Below are positions 1 through 13,200 of a stretch of DNA of 34,706 bases, piece after piece; position 1 is the stretch's first letter; every line of letters starts with the position of its first letter. The DNA comes from Cyanophora paradoxa CCMP329 (taxonomy: Eukaryota > Plantae > Glaucophyta). A program made the translations under genes and the position numbers. The stretch lies in NCBI GenBank assembly GCA_004431415.1, contig QPMI01000611.1, positions 1 to 34,706 of the forward strand. The letters are read 5' to 3'. The notes beneath the pieces were generated by a model, which ran no database searches, was not told the origin of the DNA, and saw only the letters and a program-made list of their open reading frames with translations.

Positions 1-104
1 TCACGCTGCGCCGGTGCACGGAGGAACACGTCGACTTTCGCCTTCAGTTGATTGGCGAGCTCCGCGCCAGTTAGACCCTTGTCTAGGACATCCTGCGGCC
101 CGAA

Positions 105-1122
105 TCAGCGAGGCAAGCTGCGGGCGAAGCGCACGGCGGCGTGAAACGGCGCGCGCACACGCTGCTGAAGGTACTCGATCGCTTCAAGGAGCTTGGACGC
201 CATGCGAACCGCATCGGAAACCCGCTTGCAGCCGGTGAGCCTCCGATAGAGTGCGGCGTCCTCCTCCTCGATGCGAAAGCGGTGCCGCCCGGGCTTGTCC
301 CAGGGGGTGAATCGATCTTCCTCCTCGCCCGTCATCTCGACATCGCACTTGCGCCGCTTGCACTGCTGCTTGGTGGACGTGGCGGGCTTCTTCGGGGCTG
401 GCTTCTTCGCGGCTGAGCTGGCAGGCGACGGCGCGACAGAGGGATCGTCCATATACCGCTCCATGGCAACGAAGGGATCCTCATATTGCTCGCTCGGTGC
501 CGCCGCGGGCGAAGGCTGGGAGGTCGCCGCCGCTGCCCGCTTGCGACTCACGCGCTTAGGCATGTCCACGGGGGTCGCTGGCGAGGCCGCTGCCGCCGGC
601 GGCTGCGTGCGTGGAGGCGTGGCCGGCTGATCATGCGAAGGCTGCGATTGCGAGGGCGCAGCTACTACCCGCTTGCGACGCGGGCGATCAGGCGTGTACA
701 CGGGGGTCGCTGATGAGGCAGCTGCGACAGGCGGCGTACACGGCTGTACAGGCGTACCCCCCCCAAGGGCGTCCCTGGCGTCTCACAGCAGCCGCTGCCG
801 GGGCTCTGCTCGAGCTCTGAGCGTACTGGCGAGACTTGTGGGAGTCGCTCCCGCCCGCCGGCTCCGCCGCGGGAGGCGCCAGCGCGACCGCGGCCGTCGC
901 ATGCGCAGCTGGCGCTGCATGCGCAGGCTGAACGACTTGCTCGCTCAAAGCTGCGTCGCCAAAGTCGTCTGGATTCACGTCCTCGCCGAGGTCGTCCTGG
1001 CTGCCGCAGGTGCTGCCGCCAATCTGGCCGTGCCGCGGCCTGCCATCGCTGGCGCCGCCCAGCCACGCTCTAATGGAACCGAACGCTGAGCCGACCTTGG
1101 CAGACAGCACAGAGAGCGGCAT
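105..1122 (-). CDS. Probable host protein, Pro/Ala/Ser-rich low-complexity, unknown function (ORFs 688..1122 and 105..701 joined across a G8 run at 757-764)
   Basis: The frame of ORF 105..701 stays open upstream to the G8 run (TPVQPCTPPVAAASSATPVYTPDRP). One indel there would fuse it to the ATG-initiated 688..1122 frame. No recognisable domain. Confidence 0.35.
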
Positions 1123-1355
1123 CTCGATCGCCGAACGCTAAGCTATAAGCGCTTTTGCTTTTCCCGCGCAAGTCCGTGGCTGGCCGCAATCTAGCTGCAG
1201 CTGGCCGTGGCTTGGAAGGGGGGGGAGATGGCTTGGGGGGATATAGAATTTGGTCTAGCCAGCTCGAACTCGAACTCAGCGGCTGATAGCCGCCGTGACA
1301 CGGCCGTGTTCAAAATTCAAATTCCATCCATTGTTAAAGCTCGCGAACTAGCGGG

Positions 1356-4300
1356 ATGTCCAAAAGGTCGCGCCGTTTTCGGCCCGTCGAGGTCGTCCGG
1401 GGCCGTCTGCGACATGCGAAACAGCTCCTTACGTTTGGCGCCGAGTTCATCCGCCAGTGCGTCGCGCGCCCTTGCGCGCTCGCACACCTCGAGCTCGCGC
1501 TGCTCACGCGTGTCCGATGCCCGACAGCTACACCGTCACGGTCGCGTCGACGTCGGGCCCGTTAGTTTCGGTCCTCTCCACCGTCGACGGCAACAGCCCC
1601 GACGGCCGCTACACCTATGTCTGCGGTCTCAACCCCTACACGCTGATTTTCGCCACGGTCACGGCTGTCAACTCGGTGCGGCTCCGCGCAAGTGCAATGA
1701 GCGCGCGCTGGCAAGCTTGCGCACCGCTTACACCTGGCTTTGCTCGCGCAGGCGGGCCTCGAGGCGTCGAGCTCCTCATCCGCGGCTCGGCTCTTCGCCG
1801 TCGATCCGAGCCGGCTTCGCAGCTCGCAATCGACTTTCGACGAGGTGCAGAGTCTCTCTTGCGCTCGTTCGATTCGCTTTGAACTATCTGACGGCCTCTG
1901 TGCAGCGACGACACAAAGGCGACCCCGTCGTGGAGCGCCCCCGCCATCAACCCGCTGAACAACTACACGGACGACGGCTGCACTGGCTGCCTCATCAACT
2001 ACTACCAGGGTGCATCCTCTTGCGCGTTTGGCGCCCTTTCTTTCCTCGCGATCACGTCCTCATCTCCTTGCGCGGCTGCAGCCTGGTTCTACGAGTGCGG
2101 CGTGTACTACCAGCCCCAGAAGGCGCTCACGGCCTGCACGCTCGTCGCCTCCAGCGAGAAGAGCGAGCACTACACGCTCGGCGAGCAGACCATCAAACCC
2201 GGTGCGCATGTTGGGGACTCGAGGTTCGCCAGGCGTAGCATCTGAGAGCTTACGCGATACGGGCCGCCTCAGGCTTCCACTACTCGCTCAAGGTGCAGGT
2301 CTGGAGCAAGGCCGGTCCCGTCATCGACTCGTTCTCCTCCACGGCTCAGACGAGCAAGACCAAGGACCGTGCGCACCTCTCCTTTTCGATGCAACGCCAA
2401 AGTCCTCGAGCACGCCTCACCCGCTGTCACTCGCGTCGCAGCCGTCAGTCCGCGCGTCACTATTGACCCGAAGAAGGACGGATCCCGCGGCGGCATCATC
2501 GGCTGGAAGGACGTCTACGACGGCGGCTGCCAGTTCGTTCCAGATCTCTGATGATTTCATAATACTGCATGATGTTTCTCACTGAGCTGACACCCATCCT
2601 CAGGGGCGGCGTTCAGAGCTTCACCGTCTCCGTTGCGGGGAGCACTTACTCTGGCATCAGCGCCACCTCCACTTCCAAGACCGTCACGGGCCTCAGCCCA
2701 TGTGCGCGCTGCGGCCGCCGCCGGGGCGTAAGCCTAGGCCTGCCATCGCTGAGCGCCGCGCAGATACGACCTACTCGGCGACCGTCACCGTCCACACCGC
2801 AACTTGCGGCACGGACGACGACACGGGCACCTTTAAGACCGACCCGAGGACCCGACTGGAGCGCCCACAGCGGCGTCGCCATCACAGACATCACCAAGAA
2901 GGACGACGACACGGCGACCGTCACCTGGTGCGCCACGCGGACCTGCCCTCGCCTGCGCTCAACCCTCGCGCGAGCTCACGCCCGCGCTCTCCCTCTCCAG
3001 GCGCAAGGCCAGCTTCTACGGCGCCCCGTACTCAGCTCGTACAAGCTCCTGTACTGCGAGGTCACCGAGGCGGACGCCTGCACGGGCGACGTGAAGGACT
3101 GGGCCGCGGTTTCGGGCAGCACGAAGACCGGATTCGCCAACAGCGTCCTGAGCTTCACCAACGACGTCGACCTGCAGCCTGGCCACAACTACAAGTTCGC
3201 CATCCAGGCCACGAACGAGGCCAGCCGGAGCGGCTACTCGAACTCCTTCGACTGGCACCAGCCGGCCATCAAGCCGACCAAGTGCGGCATCAGCTGTACC
3301 GTCCCGGCCGTCGTCACGGGGCTCAAGGGCGACCCGAGCACTCCCCTCTACAAGCGCGCGACCTGCACGATCACTGCCCTTCGAGCAACGGGTGCAATGC
3401 TTCGATTTAGTTGGAATAATCCCCTTGTTCTGACACGGAATGGGCGGCGCTCAGAGGGGCCCCGCTGAAGGAGTACACTGCAAAGGTGACCAAGGGGACC
3501 ACAGTCGTCACCAAGACCGTGCCGGAAACGCGGCCTCGCTGTCGTTCTCCTTCAGCGAGACGTCGCCGGATCCCGCGCTGCCCTCGCGGCCGTGCTGTGG
3601 ACGCCCAGCTGCACGGTCACCAACAAGGACACGGTGTCCGGCGTCGAGCTCACCTCCGACTCCGACGACGGGCAGACGTTCAAGAACCGCGCCACGAATC
3701 CGCCGTGCCACCACCTTCGACGCCGACACCTCCGCGAGTGCGTTGGAAGGACATGCGCCGGCACGGGCTTACGACCTCGTGCGGGGGCGGCACCGCAAGC
3801 GCAACCGTGGGCTGGGGCGAAGATGCTTCGGTCGCTGGGACCGCTCTGTCCAAGAGCCTCACCGGCCTCATCGCTGGCGCCGACATGGAGGCACAGGTCT
3901 GCATTGAACGACCAGTAATCATGCACGCCAGCTCAGTCTCACGCGCTTGCGCGGCAGATTCGGGCCGTCAACGAGGAGGACTACGCGAGCGCTGTCGTGA
4001 CGAAGACGTGGACGCAGCCCATCGTCGCGCCCTCCGCGCCCAAGAAGCCGACCATGGACCTCACCGCCTCGGGCTACGGCTTCTCCGGCTACGACGGGAA
4101 CCGCAAGTACAAGGGCAAGCTCGAGTGGACGTGGCGGACCCGGCCCGCGCGACGCCGACGAGCAGCGTCGATTGCACGAAGCTGGGCCAGGACCAGCGCG
4201 AGTCCGACTCGACTATTGATTACGAGTGCGTTGGTTTCTCATGATCAATATTTACCTTGAGCGGTTGCAGTTGAAGAGTTCTAGCTGACGCACGAGCAGC

Positions 4301-7300
4301 GGAGGCGCCGCGGAGACCGTCTTCCGCGTGCACTGCGAGGGTCTGGCCGACACACTCTCGGCCGGCTTCACCTTCGACTCGGACGTGACTGGCATGTCCC
4401 AGCGCGCGATCGACGTTGGCCTGATGAAGCCTGGTGCGTCGATCTCGTGTTGAGCTCGCACACCGCACTCAACTCGATGCGTGTGCGTGCTCGTGGTCAG
4501 GTGGCTCGTACAAGTGCAAGGTCACCGTCTGCAACGTGTCCCCCGTCGACGGCGCGTACGCTCCGGAGCGCTGCACTGTGGGGGCAGAGGAGACGTTTGA
4601 GATGGACCGTGCGCTCGAGCTCCTCGCTGTTTTGCCGCCGTTTTTGACACCATTGCAAACTGCCCGCGATCGTGCAGCTGTCGAGCCGTACGACCTCGAC
4701 GAGCGCACGAGCGGCGAGGACAAGACCTGGATCGAGGTCGACATCAAGAAGCCGGCGTTCGACGGCGGCGCCACTCTCCGCAACTGCGTGCGCATGCGCC
4801 CCGCGCGCAGCGGCTGCGGCCGTACTTGGTCCTGATGACATGCCGACGTGGCGCTTGCGCTCACAGACGGTTGAGATCCGCCGCCAGACAGCCGTGCCCG
4901 GCGCGTCCGCCGACGATCTGGTCGCCAAGTACCAGATCCAGAGCAAGGACTACTTCATCCCGGCGGACTTCTCGGGCGACTGGAAGAACGACATCCGCTT
5001 CACCGGTCTCGACCCCGGCTACTTCTACGACGTGCGCGGTCGTTTGATTTTAATCAATATCTATTACGCTCTTATCTGGCTTTGCTCTTATCTGGCTTTC
5101 GCTGACCGTGCGTGCATAATTTTGAATCAGGTCACGTACAACTGCTTCAACGACGTTGGCGATTCGCCGCAGCCCCTGACACCGGTGGCGCCCGCGGTGT
5201 CGCCGACCCGCAAGCTTTCCGTTGAGACCGACCGTGCGCTTAAGATGGATTTATGATCATGACATGGCGGCCATTTGACGGCACCGGTCCTGCAGCGACC
5301 GACCGGGAGCGCCCGCGCCCGTCGCTGAAAACGTGTGCGGGAACTCCGAGACGCCCTGCACGGCCCCGACCGTGCAAGTGTGCTGGAACGACCCCACTTA
5401 CGCCGTGCGTCCTGGGCCGCCGCGCTGCTTGCGCACGGTCGCCGGGCCTGCAGCTGACTTCGATGCTCAGGGCGGCGATCCCGCGAACTACAAGGTTCTT
5501 GCGTTATTGAAGTGCTCTTTTCTCACTTTCATTGGCTCAATGCGCGCGCCAGATCTGCAAGTATCAGATTCAGCGCGATCCCGATTCCGATGGGTCACCT
5601 CGTCGAAGATCTCCGTGTCGGACACAGCCCTGACCGGCAAGACCGGATACAGCTACTGCTGGACGGACAGCGGGCTGGAGCCTGGTACGGCCGCGCGCTC
5701 AGCCTCGCACTCGCATTCTCGAATTCTCTGCTTACTTGAGTTTGCAAATTTTAGGGAGCGAGCACGACTACAAGGTGACGGCCATCGCCGGCCCGACCGA
5801 CTGCGGCTCCGAGACGGGCTCCAACAATGGCGAGACCTCCGAGATCCGCGTCGACAGTGCGTGCTGCTGGAAAATTAAACAAGAAGAGATCTAAATGCAC
5901 AAGCGCCCGGCGCGCGCGTCTCACACTCGCGCAGACGTCCGCCCGACGGCGTGACCGTCGGCGTGACCTACACCAACGACCCACCGACGACGGCCAGCCG
6001 GGCGTGGAGACCACCTCGCGCAAGTGGACCGCCACCGTCTCGTGGCTCCCCCTCTCCGACAGCACGACGGACACCCCGCGCCGCTGGAACGGCGGCTGCT
6101 CTTCCATCACGTACACCATGACCATGTCCCCGTGCCCGGATGGCAATGACGATTGCGAGTGGGGCGGCCTCGAGCCGACCACTGTGGACGGCGAGAGCAA
6201 GGTCCGGGTCGACGTTGTCGGCCTGAGCCCCAAGACGGAATACACCTACTCGGTGGTCGCCAACCAGGGCACCCAATGCGCTCCGGCCCTCGACTCGAGC
6301 CCCGCGAGCACCAAGAAGTCCACCCCCGATGGTGCGTTTCGCCACCCCCTCACCATGCCTTGCAGCGATCCCGTTTTCGCTCACATGTATGTGCCTGCTC
6401 AGCGATTCGTCCGCTCCCGGTCACGCCAAAGGATATCGCTGTCACCAACGCGTGCGTGTTCACAATATCTTTGCAGCGCATGTGCACGCGCAATGGTCTA
6501 CATGCATTGATCGGGTGCATAAAACTCTCTTGCGCATGCGCAGCGATTACAACACCTGCTTCGACTTCACCTGGCTGGCGACTACTGACAATGGCGGCTC
6601 CGCTGTCGCATCCTACAAGGTGCTGCGTCTCCACTTTCTAGCTCATGTAGCCTAGTCTTTCGTTCTTGTGATCCAGATCCGTTCCACGGCTCCTGCGCAT
6701 CGCCTCACACAGCTCGCAGTACACCATCAAGGGACAGACGAACGGCGAGACATATGCGGATGCGGTCTGCGACCCCGCTGCAAGCGATTGCTCGGTCCCT
6801 AGCACGCCGCTGGTCTGCCAGATGGTCCCCGGCACGGACATCACCATCTCCGTCGTTGTGACGAACGCTGCCGGGCTCTCGTCGACGCCGCTCCCCGTGA
6901 ACTGGACCGTCCCTGTCGTCAACCCGCAGCCCGTGGACGATGCGTCGATCACCGAGGCGAAGGACGATGAGAACCCCGGCAAGGTCGACCTCGCCTGGTT
7001 CGCCAGCTCCGGTCCAGCGTCGATCTCGCACTCTGGGCTTCCGCTTGACACCCCGTGTGCGGCAGGGCCCCGGTGCCTGACGGCTACGGCTCGCACGAGA
7101 GCCCAAAGGCCGGCGGCGTGGACCAGGTCATCTGCACGTACTACCTCCAGGCCACCAAGACCGAGACCGACCCCGACGTGGTCGACATGACGGCGGCGGT
7201 CAACCACCCGAACTGCGAGAACGGCGGCCCGTGCTTCAGGGACGAGGATGGCTGGATCGCCATCCCGTGCCGACCCCTGGCCAGACCTCCACGATCCAGG

Positions 7301-8359
7301 CCAACATCACCGCTCTCGACCCCGGCGTCAGGTGCGATCTCGCGCGAGTGGATTCGCTTTGCTGTTCGCTCACGGCAGCGTGTCTCGCAGCTACCTGTTC
7401 AAGATCAAGGTCGGCGCGTGCGACAGCGGCAAAAACTCGTCCGAGGCGAGCAAGCGAGGGCCAACGTCGGCCGAGAAGCCGTCGGGCCTGAAGGCTCCCA
7501 ACGGCGCTGCCAAGGACAACACCTGCGATACCGCCATCTTCAGCCTGCCCGACGGCGCCGTCGGCGACGATGGCGACGCCAGCGATGGCAGCCAGATCGT
7601 CAGCATCACTTGTGCGTCGCGCATCTTGAGACTTTCCAGCCTCTGAAAATTTGCTCTTGCGCTTTTATTTAACTTGGCTGCGCCGCAGTCGAGTGGCGCC
7701 ACATCCCTGCCAACACGAGCATTGAGCCGTCCGAGACCTGGTCGTCCACCGGCGCCCTCGACCCCACACTGACGGGGGCGGCGGCGGTGATCCCGCACAC
7801 GCAGTCGGGTCTGACGAAGAACGCAAAGTACGAGCTCCGCTTCATCGCCTGCAACGCGGAGAAGTGCAGCGCCGCGAGCCCGACCTCCTTTTTCACCACC
7901 AACCCCTGCGACCCGTACAAGCCCGTCGTCTCTCTCGACGACATCGACGCCGACAGCGGCGTGTTCACCTGGACTGGCCCTGGCGACCTCGGGTGCGTGC
8001 TCTAGATATCAATGCGCTCGTTTCATCTTCTATGTCTCTGTCTGATCGCTTCATTTTTCGTGCGTGATCTAGTGGCGAGATCCAGGACAATGACGGCACC
8101 GCTCTCTTCAAGGGTGCGCTCCGGGTCCTGTCTGACGATCAGAACTCAAACCATCAATCTAGATATCGATGCCTGACCACGTGATCGTGCCGCAGTTTAC
8201 CTGCAGTCTGTCCAGTCGACCTCCGACTCGCACGCGTACTCGAAGAGCGACGCCAGCGCCGAGTCGCTGTACCAGATCGCCGCGGCCGACCGCCCCGCGG
8301 CCGGCACCCTCGACAAGGACAACGCGCGCACCCAGGGCTGGGCGGCCTTCGACGCCGCG
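1356..8359 (+). CDS. Host multi-exon gene encoding a large Cys-containing protein with many fibronectin type III-like repeats; 5' end uncertain, 3' part interrupted by the viral insertion
   Basis: Exon translations show FN3-like patterns (GLNPYT; ATVTW; VLSSYKLLY; LQPGHNYKFAIQATN; GLDPGYFY; GLSPKTEYTYSVVA; DNGGSAVASYKV; GLTKNAKYELRFIACN). Exons are separated by short GTGC...CAG introns, e.g. 1457-1527, 2010-2081, 2202-2272, 2369-2441, 8114-8195. Confidence 0.75.
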
Positions 8360-8434
8360 ACACATAGGGATACCCCTGATCCAAGCCCTCCGGCCTTCGG
8401 CCTACAGGCTTGGATCAGGGGTATCCCTATGTGT
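8360..8434. repeat. Terminal palindrome: 28-bp perfect inverted repeat (8360-8387 / 8407-8434) with a 19-nt loop containing GGCC-TTC-GGCC
   Basis: ACACATAGGGATACCCCTGATCCAAGCC is the exact reverse complement of GGCTTGGATCAGGGGTATCCCTATGTGT. It sits at the host/element junction. Confidence 0.95.
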
Positions 8435-8544
8435 GCGCGTTTCAGGTACTAGGGTAGTAAGCATTTATTTCAGGTCTTAGGGTATTAATCATGTCTTTTT
8501 GGCACCAGTAGGGGTTTAGAAAGAATTTCCAACGCCCTCAACAT

Positions 8545-9388
8545 TTATGGCAAAGGGTCACTTCCTCCAATGGGATTGTATAAATTTGTGGTTAGATATT
8601 GACCATATCTATTTCCTCTGGCTATTTCATCATTTCTTTCAGCATACATTATCACTGTGTAAGTCCCTTGCTGGGTAGCTCTTATAATATATTGGTCATC
8701 TTGTGTGTCAAGAAGTGGCAGTGAATGGAAAGCAAGTCCGAAATTATCTACTGGGACTACTTGGACAGTAATACGGGGTCTTGCTCCATCTGTTCTTCTA
8801 CATAATGCGTAAATATCAGCAGGCAACGTCTCAGTATATCTATAATGATTTCCCAAAGGCTCTAAAACATCAAGAACAGCAGTCTGAAGGTTGATAATGA
8901 TTGTGTTGATTTTGATAATGTAAGGCTCATTCATTCCCGGGACATATGTCCTGATTCTTGTATTCAGATCATCTGGATTGGGTTGATCATTTATTAATAA
9001 AGGCGCTCCAATAATTCCACCAACCCTTAAACCATCTCCAATATAGGCACCTCCTGACCTACATTTAATTGCTCCCCTTCTTGCTTCGTAGGCAAAATTG
9101 GTTACCTTGTTATCATCATTGTAACTATCAGGATCCCATGAAATGCGTTGAAATTCGCATTTGTTACAAGAAGTTTAGTAGTTTTAACGACCCCATTATT
9201 TTTGTCACATCTTAACTCTTTTAGTCTTAGCATGTGAGTGTCCCAAAAGTATTTAGGGTTGGGGCTATCTCTGTGGATTCGAGACCATCAATATTATCAA
9301 TAATAGCATGCTGTAAGACGTGGTTAGCTGGAGCAGCTAATGATAGTTGCGCTGTTAAAATGCGCTCTGGTGGTGCTGGTGCTGCCAT
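8545..9388 (-). CDS. Viral hypothetical protein, fibre/virion-associated-like, paralogue 1 (about two frameshifts)
   Basis: ATG at 9388 (MAAPAPPERIL). Frame-shifted segments read MLRLKELRCDKNNGVVKTTKLLVTNANF and RSGGAYIGDGLRVGG and continue into ORF 8545..8934. Clear similarity to the adjacent gene. Confidence 0.7.
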
Positions 9389-9407
9389 TTAATATACTGA
9401 AACATAA

Positions 9408-10250
9408 TTACGGAATGGGATCATTCGGGAATGGTTCATTATAGAAATTCGATACTTGCGAATCAGGATTTATACAGTTGGCAACAGCCCATGCTGCTTC
9501 ATCATTACGATATCCAAAAATTAAAATATCATAACCCCCTACCTCTGATGCCCAAAAATCGAAACTGTTTGGTTGTGTAGCAGGATTTCTTGTGATCCAT
9601 CCACGCCCACCATGGCCTACTGCTTGAACAAAGAAAGTATAACCTTCTAATCCTCCATTCTGAGAGCGACACATAGAATACATTGCCTTTGGTAGAAGCT
9701 GATTAGCCAATTTCCATGGTCCGGCAATACCTTGGGTTGAGTGGCATTTTGCGTATTTACATTAGCTCTAATGATACCAAAAGCATACGGGAATCCCCGC
9801 ATGGAAGAAACATGCGAATTCTTTGGGATTATCAGCATGTTCAGGTAAAGTGTCCGGAAAATCATTAAAGGCAGCAGAAGAGCCAAGCATTCCCGATACT
9901 CTACAGCCACCACCAATTATTGCTCCTCCTGATCTTATAACAGCAGCAGCCCTTGTATTGTCAAATTCAAATGCTTTGATATCTACACCATACGCATCAG
10001 GTTGTCCATTTGCTGATTGAAAATTCGCATTTGTTACAAGTAGTTGAGTTGTTTTCACCACTCCCGAATTTTTATCAGCTCTCAGTTCTTTTACACGAAT
10101 CATACTATTCTTGTCAAAAGCATTACCTGAATTTGCCCGTTCTGTTGATTCCATTCCACGAACTTCATCAGACACTTCATGTTGTCTAAAATGAATTGCT
10201 GGACTCCCCAATGCGTAAACTGGTAATTGGACTCGATTATATTCGCCCAT
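9408..10250 (-). CDS. Viral hypothetical protein, fibre/virion-associated-like, paralogue 2 (frameshifted near 9710-9780)
   Basis: ORFs 9768..10250 (MIRVKELRADKNSGVVKTTQLLVTNANF, RSGGAIIGGGCRVSG) and 9408..9710 (LPKAMYSMC...GGYDILIFGYRNDE) match paralogue 1 at both ends. Confidence 0.7.
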
Positions 10251-10289
10251 TACTTCTTTTATTAAGAAGGATAGAAAAATAAAGCTTCA

Positions 10290-13200
10290 TCACGGAATTC
10301 CATATGCTGTCCAGTGAATTGTGAAGGTATATGTCGTATTTGCTGTAGCAGTCGCATCAGTTAGCAAGGTAACATGAACTGTGGACGAGGTAGAACTTGA
10401 ATTCGATAATCCAAATTTATAGCCAAGCGCTTGGGTTGTCACAGGGTTCCTTCCATTACCAAACTAATGACAGGTGGTTTCGTGTTGAATGCTGGGTTCC
10501 AATTTAAAATATAAGTGGCTTCTCCACGGCTATTGGCGTTGAGGGTCCTATACTCATCTGGAAAGTCCCAGATAGAAATCTTTGCCTGATTTCATTCCAT
10601 GTCAGGATTTTACTTAGACTATTTGTAGTTCCAGTGGCCACCTCATAGAAAGACCTTGCGTAAACATTGGTGTTCACACTGAGCTTGTCTACCAAAAGAT
10701 TTGCTGAGAGCTGAGTGTATGTTTCGGGATAAGTGTATGGAAAGTCAAGCCCAAATTTGAGCTTAAAGTAATATCTCATGAAACTCTTTTCAGTTGGAGA
10801 TAAAGCCCGATTAAAAATTACAACTTCGGCTATCTCTCCTACATAGGAAGTGAATGAGAGTTCCTTTATTTTTATGGTTGGCGTGTTTGACCACAGGAAG
10901 CTTCCAGTAATTGAGGGAGATACATCTGCGCCATTCAACCCCATAGTTAGTGTTGTAGGGTTAATTGAAAGTCGAACAACCCCAAGAATTCAAGAAGCTT
11001 GTTGTTGAGACTTGTGTTAATGTGGAAGTGATAATACCAAGGGAATTTCCATTAACTGCTCCCAGTGTGATATATCTCCCGTATGTAGGGTCACTTGTGT
11101 CATCATTGGTAACTACAAAATGTGATTGGTTACCTGTGGCAGTGTGCTTTCTCACTGAAAATACAGTCATGCCACTGGCAAAAATGTTTGATAATGCTGT
11201 GGTGTACTGATGCCGATATCCAGAAGAACTACTTGTGCTGACCATGTATTTATTTCCATTCAATGCTGTCCCACTGCTTATTGAGTTCTTGGATAAAGTG
11301 AACCCAGGGCTCATGTTTGGTAAGGCAAGTGGGAGCCCTTCTGCTCTGTTGACCATTGTTTCTAACAACGAGCCATTGACATCAGTTGAATTTGGGTACC
11401 AGTGGAACACACAATTGGATGTGAAAAGTGGATTAGTATATGAAAGGAGCTGGTCAATTGGTGGCGATGTAGAAATTGGATAGAACTTGATGGACTGCTC
11501 ACCATTTATGATTGAAGGAGTGTAAAGGTTGCTTGAAACTACAAGGTTTGATGTTATTGTACCTCCCGTTCGGGGCAGATAGCTGCTGAGCCAGTCCCTT
11601 GTAACATTTGAAGTAACAAGTTGTGGATTAATTTTTTCAGCTATCAATGCTTGAACGACATTTGAAGTGGTGTAAGGTTGAAGCCAGTTTTGAACAATGT
11701 TTGATGTGGGGATATTTGGCAAGGCTACATTGCTATTCACAGTCAGCTTATTAAGTATAAGATTGGGGTGGACACCTGTAGGAACTCATTTGAGGAGTAG
11801 GCTGGGCTGATTTGGGGAATTGGGTTGCTCAGACCATACTTTTGTGATAGATAGTAGCGGATAAAGCCCTTCTCATCAGCTGATAGAGCCCGATTGTAAA
11901 TGATTATTTCTGCCATTTGTCCTTGGAAGCTTTCTATCCCAATCTTTTGGATTGTGAGATTTGCCACTTCACTTAAATTGTAGTTGCCAGATAATGTGGG
12001 GATAAATCAACACTATTGATGCCTACTGTGGTTACGGTTGAAGTGACATGATAGTCAAACAAAGTCCAATTGTTGTAAAAGCTCGTGGCTGTGGATGCTG
12101 TGGAAGTTGCTTGATACACTCCATTTGTTTGATAACTCGTTATTCCAATAGATGTTTCTCCTGTGGTTCCGAATCTTATATTTCTACTTGATGTAGGGTC
12201 ACTGTAAATGGTTAGATGAGCTGAAGGACTGGCAGAGGTTGAATAGTTCCTTCTCACAGAGAACATTGTCATCCCATTGCTGAATGGGTTTGCTATGTAG
12301 GGACTTGGTTGCGCCAAATAGGTTGTTACCCCTGTAACCCCAAATAGTTTATTCCCATTGATTAAAGAGGCACTCAGCACGAAGGCCCCAGTTGACACTT
12401 TAAGCCAAGAAGGCAAAGCATTGGGTTGCCCAGATGCCCTATTGGTAAGTTCTGGTATTGCTGTGCCTGATGGCTCATTTAAAGGATACCAGTGGAATAC
12501 ACAGTTTGGTGTAGACAGTGGATTTGTGTATGCTGAAAGGCGTTCCAGGGGAGGTATCAAGTTTTGGATTAGAACCAAGTCTATGGATTGGCTACCACTT
12601 CTTATGTTATTTGTGTAAAGGCTGCCCGAAACAGAAAGATTGGATGTGATAGTCCCTCCTGATTTGGGCAAATAGTCACTCAACCAGCTCTGAACTATAT
12701 TTGAGGATGTGAGTGGAGATATTTGGGTATTGACTGTAGCCGTATCAGCCTTGGGAGCTAACCAGCCCTGAACTGTGTTGGAAGAGGTCAGCAGGGCTAC
12801 TTGGGAATTAACAAAGGCAGTCTCAGCCTTTGGGCTAACCAAGCTTGAACTGTGTTGGAGGATGTCAGCAGGGCTATTTGGGAATTTACAGCTGCTGTAT
12901 CAGCCTTGGGGATTAACCAGCCCTGAACTGTGTTGGAAGACGTCAGCAGGGCTATTTGGGAATTTACGGTTTCTGTATCAGCCTTGGGGATTAACCAGCC
13001 CTGAACTGTATTGGAAGATGTCAGCAGGGCTATTCGGGAATTTACGGTTTCTGTATCAGCCTTGGGAGCTAACCACTCTTGAACTAAATTGGAAGATGTC
13101 AATGGGGCTATCCATTCCTGAACCACATTGGAAGCAGTCAATGGGGCTATCCACTCTTGAGCTACATTAGAAGAAGTCAACGGGGCTATCCATTCCTGTA

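Noticed and set aside
5068-5099. 16-bp tandem duplication GCTCTTATCTGGCTTT in a host intron
   Set aside because: A simple local duplication with no further structure.
1457-8195. Introner-type mobile introns
   Set aside because: Lengths are uniform, but intron interiors show no obvious mutual similarity or terminal repeats by eye.
1207-8480. Many overlapping Arg/Ala/Pro-rich ORFs on both strands (e.g. 1207..2238)
   Set aside because: By-products of high GC; the coding signal is the spliced plus-strand FN3 gene.
12775-13170. Plus-strand repetitive ORF
   Set aside because: Antisense shadow of the fibre stalk repeats.
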